Of a stretch of DNA of 64,000 nt, positions 31,434-42,077 are shown piece by piece. The notes under the pieces were generated by a model. That model had not been told where the DNA came from. It saw only the letters and a list, made by a program, of their open reading frames with translations, and made no database searches. A program made the translations under genes and the position numbers. Source of the stretch: Anaeromyxobacteraceae bacterium. Lineage in GTDB: Bacteria; Myxococcota; Myxococcia; Myxococcales; Anaeromyxobacteraceae. The stretch covers positions 1,152,001-1,216,000 of the forward strand of contig JASGHJ010000001.1 of NCBI GenBank assembly GCA_047602405.1, read 5' to 3'. Numbering within the stretch: the first letter of the stretch is position 1; each line of letters starts with the position of its first letter.

Positions 31434-33524
31434 TCAGTGTTCGAGCTTCAGGACGCTCGCGCCCGCGGCGCCCTGCACGAGGACCCAGATGACCCCGTCG
31501 TCGGTCGCCGCGATCCCGCTCGGCGTCCCGAAGGTGCTCACCGGGTAGGTGTCGTTCTCGAAGGTCGCGGTGTCCATCCACCCGACGACGTTCGATCCCG
31601 AGTACCAGACGCGCCCCTTCGTGTCGCGGTTGATGCGGCCGACCACGAGGCCCCCCGGCGTGCCGAGCGCGTCGCGGTCGGTGAGCGTCCCGGTGGGCGT
31701 GATCACCCCGAGCTTCCCGTCGTTGAACCAGACGTTCCCGTCCGAGCCGGTGACGAGCCAGAGCGGGTTCGAGAACGTGAGCGCCGTGTCGGTGGCGGGC
31801 GGCGGCGGCGACGGTTCCGGCAGCTCGGTGAAGACGCCCGCGGGCGTCGTGCGACGGAGCTTCCGGCGGTTGTACTCGGCCGACCAGAGGTTCCCGTCGG
31901 CGCCGAGCGTGATGCCGAAGAGGAGCGGGAAGGAGCCGGTAACCGGGAACGACTGCTGCGCCGCGACGTTCGCCGTGTCCACGCTGCCCACGTGGTTCTG
32001 GCCGCCCGCCGGGCAGTGATCCTCGTTGAACCAGACCGTGGTCCCGGGTCCGTGGGTGATGCCGAAGGTCGTGCAACCGCTCGCGAGCGGCACCATGGTC
32101 ACCGCGCCCGCCGGCGTGACGTACCCGACCCGCGCCAGCGCCCAGTCGGAGAACCACAGGTTGCCGTCGGCGCCGGCCGCGATGTCCACCGGGTCGCCGG
32201 TGACGGCGTTGCCGTTCACGCTCCCGTCCGGCACCGAGAACTCGGTGACCACGCCCGCCGGCGTGACCCGCCCCACCTTCCCGCGTGCTCGCTCGGTGAA
32301 CCAGAGGTTCCCGTCGGGCCCGAGGGCCATGCCGCCCTGCCCGCCGCCGGTGGGCACTGCGTAGGCGGTGAAGTGGTAGCTCCCGATCCGATTGGCGGCG
32401 AGGGTCGGGCTCGTGCCGCCCGGCGTGGTCACCTGGACGTCCACCACGCCGGGCGGGACCGCGGGGGCCTTCACGGTAAGGGTGGTCCTGCCGAGCACGC
32501 TCTGCACGACGCCGGCGACGCCGCCGAAGGTGACCGTCGCGCCGGGCACGAAGTCGGTCCCGGTCACCGTCACGTTCACGCCGGCGACCGTGAGGTCGGC
32601 CTTCTTCGGGGAGACGGCCGCGACCGACGGCACCGGCGGCACGAAGGCCACCGACACCTGCGGGTTCCCGCCCCCCGCGACCGTCGCGGGCGACCCGTTG
32701 ACCTGCGGTGTGAACGCGACCGGGAAGGTCCCGCTCGCCGAGGTGAAGGCGGTGGCGTCCACGGTGTAGGTGCCGGGCGCGAGGCCGGAGAAGGTCTGGG
32801 GCGAGGTGGTGAGGGTCGCCGCGTAGCCGCCGGGCCCGCTGACGGTCACGTGGGCCCGGCTCTCCACGAGGTTGATCCCGCCCGTGACGTTGACGGTGAG
32901 CTGCCCGTTCGCGACCACCTCCGCATACGCGGCCGTGGCCGCGGCGGTGGACCCCGCGGTCACGTTCGCGGGGGAGCCGCCGATCACGGCGGCGTACGTC
33001 TTGCCCGCGCTCGGGACCGTGGCGGCGGCGACGGCGTAGCTCCCCGGCGCGAGCCCGGTGAGCGTCGTGGTGGCGGTGAGGTGCTGCGAGAAGTCGGCGG
33101 GTCCGGTCACCGTGACGTCGCCGGCCGCGCCGGCGGGGAGCCCACTCACGGTGACGGTCAGCCTCCCGGTCGTGGCCGCGTAGGCGACGGTGACGGCCGC
33201 GGTCCCGCCGTCGGTGACCGCCGCGGGCGAGCCCGTGATCAGCGCGGCGTAGGAAAAGCCCGCGCTCGCGACGTCGCCCGCGGCGACGGTGTAGCTGCCG
33301 GGCGCGAGGCCGGTGAGCGTCTCGCTCGAGCCGATCGTGCGCGAGAACGCGGAAGGACCGCTCACCGACACGTCCGCGGCGGCCCCGCCGGGCAAGCCGG
33401 CCACGGCGACCGCGAGCGAGCCGGTGGGAGCGGCGCCGCCGTCCCCCGCGCCACCGCCCGAGCAGGCGGTGAGGAAGGCAGCCAGCGCCAGCGTGGCGCC
33501 GGCTGCGAAGGAGCGACCGGTCAT
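31434..33524 (-). CDS. Surface lipoprotein with repeated Ig-like modules, IPT/TIG domain and Vgb/NHL-like beta-propeller
   Basis: LTAC lipobox; three LxVxVxG...GLAPGxY modules; repeated GxDGNLWF. Confidence 0.85.
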   Translation of the reverse strand: MTGRSFAAGATLALAAFLTACSGGGAGDGGAAPTGSLAVAVAGLPGGAAADVSVSGPSAFSRTIGSSETLTGLAPGSYTVAAGDVASAGFSYAALITGSPAAVTDGGTAAVTVAYAATTGRLTVTVSGLPAGAAGDVTVTGPADFSQHLTATTTLTGLAPGSYAVAAATVPSAGKTYAAVIGGSPANVTAGSTAAATAAYAEVVANGQLTVNVTGGINLVESRAHVTVSGPGGYAATLTTSPQTFSGLAPGTYTVDATAFTSASGTFPVAFTPQVNGSPATVAGGGNPQVSVAFVPPVPSVAAVSPKKADLTVAGVNVTVTGTDFVPGATVTFGGVAGVVQSVLGRTTLTVKAPAVPPGVVDVQVTTPGGTSPTLAANRIGSYHFTAYAVPTGGGQGGMALGPDGNLWFTERARGKVGRVTPAGVVTEFSVPDGSVNGNAVTGDPVDIAAGADGNLWFSDWALARVGYVTPAGAVTMVPLASGCTTFGITHGPGTTVWFNEDHCPAGGQNHVGSVDTANVAAQQSFPVTGSFPLLFGITLGADGNLWSAEYNRRKLRRTTPAGVFTELPEPSPPPPATDTALTFSNPLWLVTGSDGNVWFNDGKLGVITPTGTLTDRDALGTPGGLVVGRINRDTKGRVWYSGSNVVGWMDTATFENDTYPVSTFGTPSGIAATDDGVIWVLVQGAAGASVLKLEH

Positions 33525-33643
33525 GGGCTCACCTCACAGGGGATGAGCCTCTCTAAGCCGCTCGCGCCGCGAGGGCCGAGCCCGTGGCCCTCCCGACCCC
33601 ACAGGGGCGGGGGCGTCGCGACCGTGAGCCGCGGCCCTCCGCG

Positions 33644-36600
33644 TCACGGCCCCAGCCGGTACCGCACCGTGAGCTCCACGTAGTCGGTGGCCACCTCGCC
33701 CATGCCCGTCGCGCGGCCGCTCACGGCCGCGGGCACGAGCGCGAGGTGGAACAGCCGCTGGTCGCCCACCATGAACCGCTGCCGCTCGGCGACCGGGGTG
33801 GACCCGAGCGACGCGTCGCCCGAGAGCGTCCAGCGCAGGGTCTCGGTGGCGGACGGCGACGCGGTCGCGGAGGACGCGAGCGTGCGCCAGGCGCGGTTGT
33901 CCCAGAGCTGCAGCGAGGCGCCCGGCGTGGTCGTGCCGTTCGGCGCGCCGGTGCCGCCGCCCACCCAGGTCACGTCGAGGTCGAGCACGTCGTGGGCGCG
34001 CGTCACCTGCGCAGCGTCGAAGCTGAACGAGGCCAGCTGCCCGGGCTTCTCGTCGCCGCCCCCGTGCCACCACCAGCCGGCGAGCGAGCCCGAGGGGCCC
34101 GGGTTGATGACGCCGAAGCCGAGCCGCCGGAGCGTGTCGAAGGCGACGCCGTCGACCTGCGAGGGGACGGGCTGGCCGTCGCCATACAGATTGACCGGGA
34201 ACACCCGGGTCCACGCGGCGCCGTTCCACTCCCAGAAGTCGTGGCAGTTCACGCCGCCGTAGTCGTCGACGCAGTTGATGTTCGACACCACGGCCGCCGG
34301 CGCCCCGCCGAACAGGAGCGCGCGGTTGCGCGCGGTGTCGAAGAACATCCCCGCCCGCGTGCGCGCGGAGGGCTGCGTCGCGCTCGCCGTCCCGCCCGCG
34401 GAGAGGCGGGTCCAGGTGGTCCCGTTGAAGGACCACAGGTCGTTGAAATCGCCGCTGCCGTTGCCCCCGAAGACCAGCACCGGCGCGCCGGTGAGCCCCG
34501 TTGCGCGGGTCATGGCCGGGCCGAACCGCGCCGACGGGCCGGACGCCGGGCACGTCGCGCTCCCGGTCCAGCTGCCCGAGGTGATCTCCCAGACGTCGCA
34601 GAACTCGGTGCCGCTGCCGTTCGATTCCGCCGAAGAGCAGCGCCCCACCCGGTGACGCGCGCGTCGAGGCGGCCATCCCGAGCCAGTAGCGCGCGGCCGG
34701 GGCGGTGCCGCCGACGAGGGTCCAGTTCGAGCCATTCCAGGTGTAGCCCGTGCCGACCGGGCCGCCGGCGCTGGTGCCGCCGAACATCGCGACGACGTTC
34801 GACCCCGGGATGTACGTCGCCGCGTACTCGGAGCGGGCGCCGGGGATCGTGATCGGCGCGGCCTTCGTCCAGCGCGCGCCGTCCCAGAGCCAGGTGTCGG
34901 TGGTCGAGCCCGGGCCGAAGACCACCACCCGGTCGCGCGCGGCGTCGTAGGCCGGCGCGACGCCGCTCCCGGCCGGCGGGGCCGCCGTCGGCTCCGGGAC
35001 CGCCGTCCAGGTGGTGCCGTCCCACTCCCACTCGGTGTCGCAGAACGGGCCCACGTGGCAGTCGCCCGAGACGCTGAAGGGCACCGCGCCGCCGAAGAGG
35101 ACCGTCCTCGCCCGCTCCGGATCATAGTAGACCGACGGGCTCGAGCGCCCCATCGGGCGCGTGGCGGCGCAGGGGTTCGCGGTGCAGCCCTGCGTCCAGG
35201 TGGTGCCGTCCCACTCGAAGACGGTGTCGAGGGTGCCCGCGTTCTGCCCGCCGAAGAGGACGAGGCGCGAGCGGGCCGGGTCGTACGCCGCGCCGGCCTC
35301 CTCGCGCTGCGCCGCCGTCGCGCAGGCGCCCGTGGAGCAGCGCTGCGTCCAGGCCGCGCCGTCCCACGTCCAGGTCGCCGCGTCGTAGGCCGGGACCGCG
35401 CCGGTGTTGCCGCCGACGAGCACCACGACCTTCCGGGCGGCGTCCCACACGAGCGTGTGGCCGCTGCGGCCGGCGGGCTTCGCGGCCGTCGAGCAGGGCG
35501 CCGTCGCGCAGAGCTTCTTCCAGGAGTGGAAGTCCGTCTCCCAGAGGTCGGCGAGCTTGGTCGTGCCGGACGTGCCGCCGAACAGCAGGAGGCGCTGGCG
35601 CGCCTCGTCGTAGGCGATCGCCTGGCCGGTTCGGGCGGGCGGGTTCCCGTCGCCCTCGGGGTCGGTCATGACGAGCTTGCGCCAGGAGACACCGTCCCAC
35701 TCCCACAGGTCGGTGCCGTCCGAGAGCACCGAGGCGCCTCGGCCGCCCGCGAAGACGAGCGGCAGGTCGGACCCGAGCACCGGGTTGCCGTCGCCCTCCG
35801 GATCGGCGGGCACGGGCTTCACCCACGAGGAGCCGCGGCACGACTCCCACTGGCTGCAGTAGAAGCCGGAGTCGCAGCCGTCCCAGCCCGCGCCGCTGTA
35901 CGCCACGCGGCAGCCGCGCACCGGGTCGTGGATCATCCCGGTGCCGCCGCGCGCGCTGAGGGTCTCGAGCTTCCGGGCCGGGATCCAGTACGGCGCGCCG
36001 CGCACCGACGCGCCGGCGCCGTCCTTGCGCGACACCTGGGCCGGCGTCGCGAGCGGCTTCCCGCCGAACTGCCAGAGCGTCGGGGTCCAGGCCTCGCGCC
36101 CCTCGAACGCGTGCGGGTTCGGGAAGACGCGGCCCGGGACCTTGCCCTGGAGCGTCGCGGTCCAGGCGACGTCGCGCACGAGCGCGGCCTGCTCGCCGTT
36201 CGCGGCGCTCGCGTCGGCGTCGCTCACGTTGCCGGCGGCGTCCACCGCGGCGACGTAGAGGTCCGGCGCGTCCCCCATGAAGAGTGGAAGGGCGCCGGGT
36301 CGCCGACGTCGCCGCCGAAGCTGCCGTCCGCGGCCGCGGTGGTCCGGCCGATTCCGCGGCCGACGAGCGCGCCCTGCGCGGAGACCACGAGCGGCGCCGA
36401 GTAGGCGATGACCGTCGCGTTCGCGGGGACCGAGCCCGCCGCACCCTTCAGGAAGAACGCCTGCGCGCCGCCGGTCGCCTCGCTGCCCCACGGCACGCGG
36501 TGGAACAGGACCGCGTTCGCGGTGCCGACCGCGGGCGTGGCGGGCGTCTTCGTCGAGATCGCGACCGTGCCGAGCGACGCGTCGGCGAGGTTGCCGGCGA

Positions 36601-37405
36601 GGTCGGTGAGGTGCACCGAGAGCGGGGCGGCCCCGTCGGGCAGGCCCGCGGCGAGCGTCGCCTCGTAGACGAAGGAGAGGCCGTTGCCGGAGACCTGCGC
36701 GAAGGTCACGGCGGCGCCGCCCGAGCCGAGCGTGACGACCGGCGCGCCCGCGCCGCTCGCCACCACGAACTCGGTCGTGGCGAAGCCGATCCGCACGCCG
36801 GTGCCGACGGTGGCGGCGGTCACGTCGCGCACCGGGCTCGTCGCGGGCGGGGTGAGCGTGACGGAGACGACCGGCTTGTTCGTGGCGTCCTCCAGGATCC
36901 CGGGCGGCGTGAAGTCGAAGACCACCGCGTTGTTGGTGCTCGCCGGGGCGAGGTTGCCGGTCACGTCGGAGAGCGTCGCCACGAAGTCGGCCACGCCCTC
37001 GGGGTCGGTCGCCGGCCTCGGGACGTAGCTCGCCTCGTAGGCGTGGGTGGCGGCGTCCTTCTCGGCGATCGCGAGGGCGAGCGTCTCGCCCGACGCGCCG
37101 AAGACGAGCGTCGCGGCCGAGTCGCCGCCGAGCGCCTCGGTGGTCGTGAAGGCCACCGTGACCTGCGCGGTCGTCGCGCCCACCCGGCCCGGCGTGACGA
37201 CCGGCGAGCCCACCAGCCCGGGCGCGGTGACGTCGCCGCCCGCGCGGAAGCAGCGGCCCTGGTTCTGGCGGCACACGTAGCCGTCGGGACAGTCGGCGTC
37301 GGACGCGCACGACACCCGCGCGCCGTCGGGGAGCTTCAGGTCGGCGCTGCAGGCGGCGAGGAGGCCGGCCGCGAGCGCGGCGGCGAGCAGGGCGTTGCGG
37401 TGCAT
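33644..37405 (-). CDS. ~1250-aa surface lipoprotein with Ig-like and Kelch-like (WxWDGxxW) repeats; two compensating frameshifts (~36285, ~34625)
   Basis: MHRNALLAAALAAGLLAAC start. Three ORF-track fragments join; total span 3762 nt is a multiple of 3. Confidence 0.8.
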
Positions 37406-37497
37406 GCGGCGATGGTCCCCTGGAGTCGGAGGACGCACAACCTCCGGCGAGGGACGCACCGGGTCGTACGCCCCGTCGGGGGCTGCAGCACGGACCG

Positions 37498-38913
37498 CTA
37501 CCCGTCGCGCCGCTTCTCCATCTCCGCGAAGTACGTCGTCGTCTTCATGAAGACGAGCGGGATGGTGCCGACCGGGCCCTGGCGCTGCTTCGCGACGATG
37601 AGCTGGACCTCCTGGGTCTCGCTCTGCTGCTGGGGCTGGCCGTCCTTCGACTCCTCCTCCTGGCGGTGGAGGAACATGACGACGTCGGCGTCCTGCTCGA
37701 TGGCGCCCGACTCGCGGAGGTCGGAGAGCATCGGCGGCTCGCCCTTGCGCTTCTCGACGCCTCGGTTGAGCTGCGAGAGCGCGATGATCGGGCACTCGAG
37801 CTCCTTCGCGAGCCCCTTCAGGGAGCGCGAGATGGTCGCGATCTCCTGCTCGCGCGACTGGTTCTGCCGGTCGGAGGGCGCGTGCATGAGCTGGAGGTAG
37901 TCGATGCAGACGAGGTCGAGGCCGCCGTTCTCGCGCTTGAGCTTGCGGCACTTCGAGCGGAGCTCGACCGGGGTGAGCACGAAGTTGTCGTCGAGCCACA
38001 TGCTCGCCCCGCCGACCTTGTCGGCGTGGGTCGCGATCTTCTGCCAGTCGTAGGTCGAGAGCTGGCCGGCCGAGAGCCGCCGCCAGTCGAGCTTCGCCTC
38101 GGACGCGAGCATGCGGAGCGCGAGCTGGTCGGACGGCATCTCCAGCGAGAAGAACGCGACCTTCTTCCCGTGCTTCGTGGCCGCGTGGGTCGCGATGTTG
38201 AGCGCGAAGGCGGTCTTGCCGACCGAGGGGCGGGCGGCGAGCACGATGAGCGCGCCGGGCTGCAGCCCGAGCGTGTTCTTGTCGAGCGTCGGGATGCCGG
38301 TCGGGACGCCGGTGATCGGCGAGAGGCCCGACTGCACCCGCTTCTGGACGGCCTCGAGGTTCTCGAGGGCCTTCATCACCGGCTCGGAGATCTTCCGCAG
38401 CGTCTCGGACGAGCTGCCCTGGCCGGCGCTGAAGACCTCCTGCTGGGACGAGTCCAGGTAGTGCTGGACGTTGGTGCCCGACTCGTAGCCCCGCTCCACC
38501 ACCTGCTGGGCGGTGAGCATCATCTTGCGGAGCTGCGAGAGCTCGCGCACCGTCCGGGCGTAGTGGCGGATGTTGGCGGTCGTGCCGATGGCGCGGGCGA
38601 GCGAGAGCGGCAGCTCGCGCGGGACCGCCCCGCCGAGGAGCCCCTTCGCGTCGAGCCGCTGCTGCACCAGGATCGGATCGATCGCCTTCGACTCCTTGGC
38701 GAGCTCCTCGCACACCGAGTAAACGTGCTGGTGCGCCATCAGGTAGAAGTCGCCCGAGCGCAGCTCGGCCGCCACCTGGTCGAACGCGGTCTCCTCGGTC
38801 AGGATCGCGCCGAGCACGGCCTGCTCGGCGTCGACGCTGTGGGGGAGATCCCGGCCGGTCCGGAGGGAAACGGGCGCTTCTGGCGCGCGGCGGGCGGGGT
38901 CCTGATCGGCCAT
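37498..38913 (-). CDS. dnaB: Replicative DNA helicase
   Basis: PHSVDAEQAVLG, AARPSVGKT, FSLEM, IDYLQL, DLRESGAIEQDAD. Confidence 0.97.
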   Translation of the reverse strand: MADQDPARRAPEAPVSLRTGRDLPHSVDAEQAVLGAILTEETAFDQVAAELRSGDFYLMAHQHVYSVCEELAKESKAIDPILVQQRLDAKGLLGGAVPRELPLSLARAIGTTANIRHYARTVRELSQLRKMMLTAQQVVERGYESGTNVQHYLDSSQQEVFSAGQGSSSETLRKISEPVMKALENLEAVQKRVQSGLSPITGVPTGIPTLDKNTLGLQPGALIVLAARPSVGKTAFALNIATHAATKHGKKVAFFSLEMPSDQLALRMLASEAKLDWRRLSAGQLSTYDWQKIATHADKVGGASMWLDDNFVLTPVELRSKCRKLKRENGGLDLVCIDYLQLMHAPSDRQNQSREQEIATISRSLKGLAKELECPIIALSQLNRGVEKRKGEPPMLSDLRESGAIEQDADVVMFLHRQEEESKDGQPQQQSETQEVQLIVAKQRQGPVGTIPLVFMKTTTYFAEMEKRRDG

Positions 38914-38953
38914 CGGAGCGCGGCAGACTAGCAGCCGGATCCGACGGGGACAC

Positions 38954-39052
38954 CGTGGATGTGCCGTGGACAAGCCGGGGAAAAGCTGGGGAAAACGCGG
39001 GGGATTACCGGGTGGATGGGCCGTGGAGCGGACGTGGAAAGCCTGTGGACGG
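38954..39052. promoter_or_regulatory. Array of nine phased DnaA-box-like 9-mers
   Basis: NGKGGANNN motifs start at 38954, 38965, 38976, 38987, 38999, 39011, 39022, 39033 and 39044. Confidence 0.7.
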
Positions 39053-39194
39053 TTCGGCGGGGCTCACCCGCCGGTGTGAGGGGGTTCTTGCGGTTCGGGT
39101 GGAGAACCCACCGGGAAACGGGCGAAACTTGCCCGGCCCGGACGGCTCGCGTGCCCATCACGTCGAAGCCACTTCGAGCCTCCGGAGCCCGCGC

Positions 39195-42026
39195 ATGACC
39201 CGCCTCGCCCGCGCCACCGCCGCCCTCTCCCTCCTCGCCCTCGCCGCGTGTGGGTCGTCCTCGTCCGGCACCGGCCACCGCATCGGCGACGAGACCTTCG
39301 TCTCCTCGCCCCCGGGCGGCGGCAGCCGCGACGGGCCGGTCGGCGCCGGGGACGGCGCGGCCGGATCGCCGAGCGCGTCGCCGGCGCCGCCGACGACCGA
39401 CGGGAAGGGCACCGCGGCGGCCGACCGCGCCATCGAGGAGTCGGACCTCTACGCGCGGAGCGGCGCGACGCTGCTCGTCCAGAACATGTGGCGCGGCCTG
39501 CAGCTCGTCGACCTCGCGGATCCGTCGCACCCGAGGCTCACCGGGCGGCTCCCGCTCCGCGGCACGCCCGCGGGCCTCTACCTCCGCGGCACGACCGCCA
39601 TCGTCCTCGCGCGCGATCACCTCGCCTGGTCGCTCGTCGACGACGTGGCGGTGCCGGAGGTGACCTCGCTCCTCTGGACCGTCGACGTCTCGAACCCCGC
39701 CGCGCCGAAGATCCTCTCCGAGACCCGGCTCGACGGGCAGGTGCAGGACTCGCGCCTCGTCGGCGACGCGCTCTACCTCTTCACCGGCGGCCTCTCGTGG
39801 TGGGGCATCGGCCCGGTCGCGGCCGCCGCGCGCGCGCCCGGCGGCGCGGGGGCGGCGGACGTCGCGCCGGCGTCGGGTGACTACGGCGTCTCGTCCTACG
39901 ACCTCTCCGACCTCGCCGCGCCCAGGAAGGTGGACGCGATCGACTTCCCGACCGCGGCGTGGGGCTGGGACCTGCACGCGCACGTGGCCGACGGGCGGAT
40001 CACCATCGCCGCGCCCGGCTGGGACACGGTCGGGCCGCGCACGAAGCTCGTCGCCGTCGACGCGAGCGATCCCGCCGGCACGCTCGCGCTCGGCGCCGCC
40101 GTCACGCTGCGCGGCACCGTGCAGGACCGCTGGGCGATGGACCTCGACGCCGCGGGCGGCACGTTCCGGGTGGTCACCGCCGACGGGTGGAACCTCGGCG
40201 CGACGCTCACGGTCCTGAAGTGGGCCACGCCCGGCACGGTCGCGCCGCTCTCGCACCTCCACGTCGACGTCCCCGAGACGCTCACCGCGGCGGCCTTCGA
40301 GGGCGCGCGCGGCTACCTCGTCACCTCCGTGCGCGTCGACCCGCTCTGGGTGGTCGACCTCTCCGACCCGGCGAAGCCCGCGGTCACCGGCGAGCTCGCG
40401 ATGCCCGGGCAGCTCGACTTCCTGCGCCCGCGCGGCGACCGCCTGCTCGCGCTCGGCCACACCGCCGAGGCCGGCAAGGCCTTCCAGCTCCACGTCTCGC
40501 TCCTCGACGTCGCCGACCCCGCGAAGCCCGCGCTCCTCGTGCGCCGCACGTTCGGGCCGGACTGGGGCTGGGTGCCCGCCTCCGCCGACGACCTGCACAA
40601 GGCGTTCGTCGTCGCCGGCGACCTCGTGATCGTGCCGTTCGAGGGCTGGGACCAGGCGGCCGGCGGCTGGGCCGGCGGCACGCAGCTCCTCACGCTCCAG
40701 GGCGACGCCCTCACCCTCGGCGGCTTCGTCGCGCACGCGGGCGACATCCAGCGCGCGTTCCCGTTCGGCGCGCAGGCGCCCGGCGTCCTCGCCGCGTTCT
40801 CGAACGCGAAGCTGCAGACGCTCGACGCGACCGACCGCGCGAAGCCCGTCGAGCTCGCCTCGATCGACCTCGCGCGCGAGGTGACCTCCGTCGCGGTCGT
40901 CGGCGGCGCCGCGGCCGAGCTGAGCGGCGAGGCCTGGCGCGGCACGGGCGAGCTCGTCGTGGCGCCGGCCGCCGACCCCGACGCGCCGGTGCCCACCGCG
41001 AGGTTCGCGGTCGACTCCGCGTGGGGGAGGCTTTTCCGCGACGGCACGGTCGTGTGGACGTTCGGCAACGACTGGCGGACCGGCACCACGGTGCTCGAGG
41101 GTTTCGACCTCGCGGACGCGGCGAAGCCGGTGCGCCGCGGGAAGCTCACGGTGCCCGCGCCGGCCTCGGGCGGCTGGTGGTGGGTCGGCGACGCCGTGAA
41201 GGTGGGCCGCGCGCTCGTCGCGACCCAGTCGACCTGGACCTGCGAGGCCGTCAAGGGCTGCGAGTCGCACACCCAGCTCCTCGTGCTCGGCCTCGCGAAC
41301 CCGGACGCGCCCGCGGTGGTCGCGACCGTCGAGCTGCCCTCGAAGGCGTGGACGGGCGCGCTGCGCGCCGTCGGCACCGACCTCTGGTACACGCAGTACG
41401 CCTGGGAGGGCGACAGCGCGGTCCGCTACTTCGTCGGGAAGATCGGGCTCGCGAACCCGGCGAAGCCGGTGCAGGGCGCGCCGGTGAACGTGCCGGGCGA
41501 GTTCTACTCGGCCTCCGACGACGGCGGCACGATCTACACGACCGAGATCGAGTGGCCCGCGGCGCCGTTCGCGGGCGCGACCCAGCCGCGGACGCGCTTC
41601 CACACGCTCGCGCTGACCTCGCGGGGCACGGCCCGGCTCGTCGGCACCGTCGAGGCCGGTGGGTACTTCTGGGGCGCGGTGCGGTCCGGGCCGCGCGCGT
41701 TCGCGGCGGGGACGGTCTGGTCCGGCTCCGGCGCTTCCACCACCTCGCGCGGCGCGGTCGTCACGGTGGACCTCGAGCGCCTGCGGGTCGCGAACGTGCT
41801 CGGCACCGACGCCTCGTGGCCGCAGGTCCTCGCGGCCGAGGGCGGGAAGCTCTTCGTCGCGGAGTACTGGCCGCTCGCGGCGATCGAGGTGTACGGCCTC
41901 GGCACCGGGAAGCCCGTGTTCGAGCAGGCGGTGCCCACGTTCGGCTGGATTTGGCAGGTGGTCGTGGAGGGCGGCGTCGCCTACCTCCCGTCGGGACCGT
42001 ACGGCGTGGTGCGGATCCCGCTGTAG
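39195..42026 (+). CDS. Secreted beta-propeller-domain lipoprotein
   Basis: LAAC lipobox; IEESDL, VDPLWVVDLSDPAKP...GELAMPG, repeated DxxxP blade motifs. Confidence 0.85.
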   Translation: MTRLARATAALSLLALAACGSSSSGTGHRIGDETFVSSPPGGGSRDGPVGAGDGAAGSPSASPAPPTTDGKGTAAADRAIEESDLYARSGATLLVQNMWRGLQLVDLADPSHPRLTGRLPLRGTPAGLYLRGTTAIVLARDHLAWSLVDDVAVPEVTSLLWTVDVSNPAAPKILSETRLDGQVQDSRLVGDALYLFTGGLSWWGIGPVAAAARAPGGAGAADVAPASGDYGVSSYDLSDLAAPRKVDAIDFPTAAWGWDLHAHVADGRITIAAPGWDTVGPRTKLVAVDASDPAGTLALGAAVTLRGTVQDRWAMDLDAAGGTFRVVTADGWNLGATLTVLKWATPGTVAPLSHLHVDVPETLTAAAFEGARGYLVTSVRVDPLWVVDLSDPAKPAVTGELAMPGQLDFLRPRGDRLLALGHTAEAGKAFQLHVSLLDVADPAKPALLVRRTFGPDWGWVPASADDLHKAFVVAGDLVIVPFEGWDQAAGGWAGGTQLLTLQGDALTLGGFVAHAGDIQRAFPFGAQAPGVLAAFSNAKLQTLDATDRAKPVELASIDLAREVTSVAVVGGAAAELSGEAWRGTGELVVAPAADPDAPVPTARFAVDSAWGRLFRDGTVVWTFGNDWRTGTTVLEGFDLADAAKPVRRGKLTVPAPASGGWWWVGDAVKVGRALVATQSTWTCEAVKGCESHTQLLVLGLANPDAPAVVATVELPSKAWTGALRAVGTDLWYTQYAWEGDSAVRYFVGKIGLANPAKPVQGAPVNVPGEFYSASDDGGTIYTTEIEWPAAPFAGATQPRTRFHTLALTSRGTARLVGTVEAGGYFWGAVRSGPRAFAAGTVWSGSGASTTSRGAVVTVDLERLRVANVLGTDASWPQVLAAEGGKLFVAEYWPLAAIEVYGLGTGKPVFEQAVPTFGWIWQVVVEGGVAYLPSGPYGVVRIPL

Positions 42027-42077
42027 GCCGGGCATTCGGCAGTCGCACCGGAGGGCGGACGGGGCTAGAAGGGGGGC

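Noticed and set aside
36350..36354. Another GATTC inside the Kelch lipoprotein gene
   Set aside because: The reading frame is sensible on both sides, so there is no net frameshift; not counted among the five sites.
38945..39120. Calling the DnaA-box-like array oriC
   Set aside because: No dnaA/dnaN adjacent and no AT-rich unwinding element; kept only as a regulatory array.
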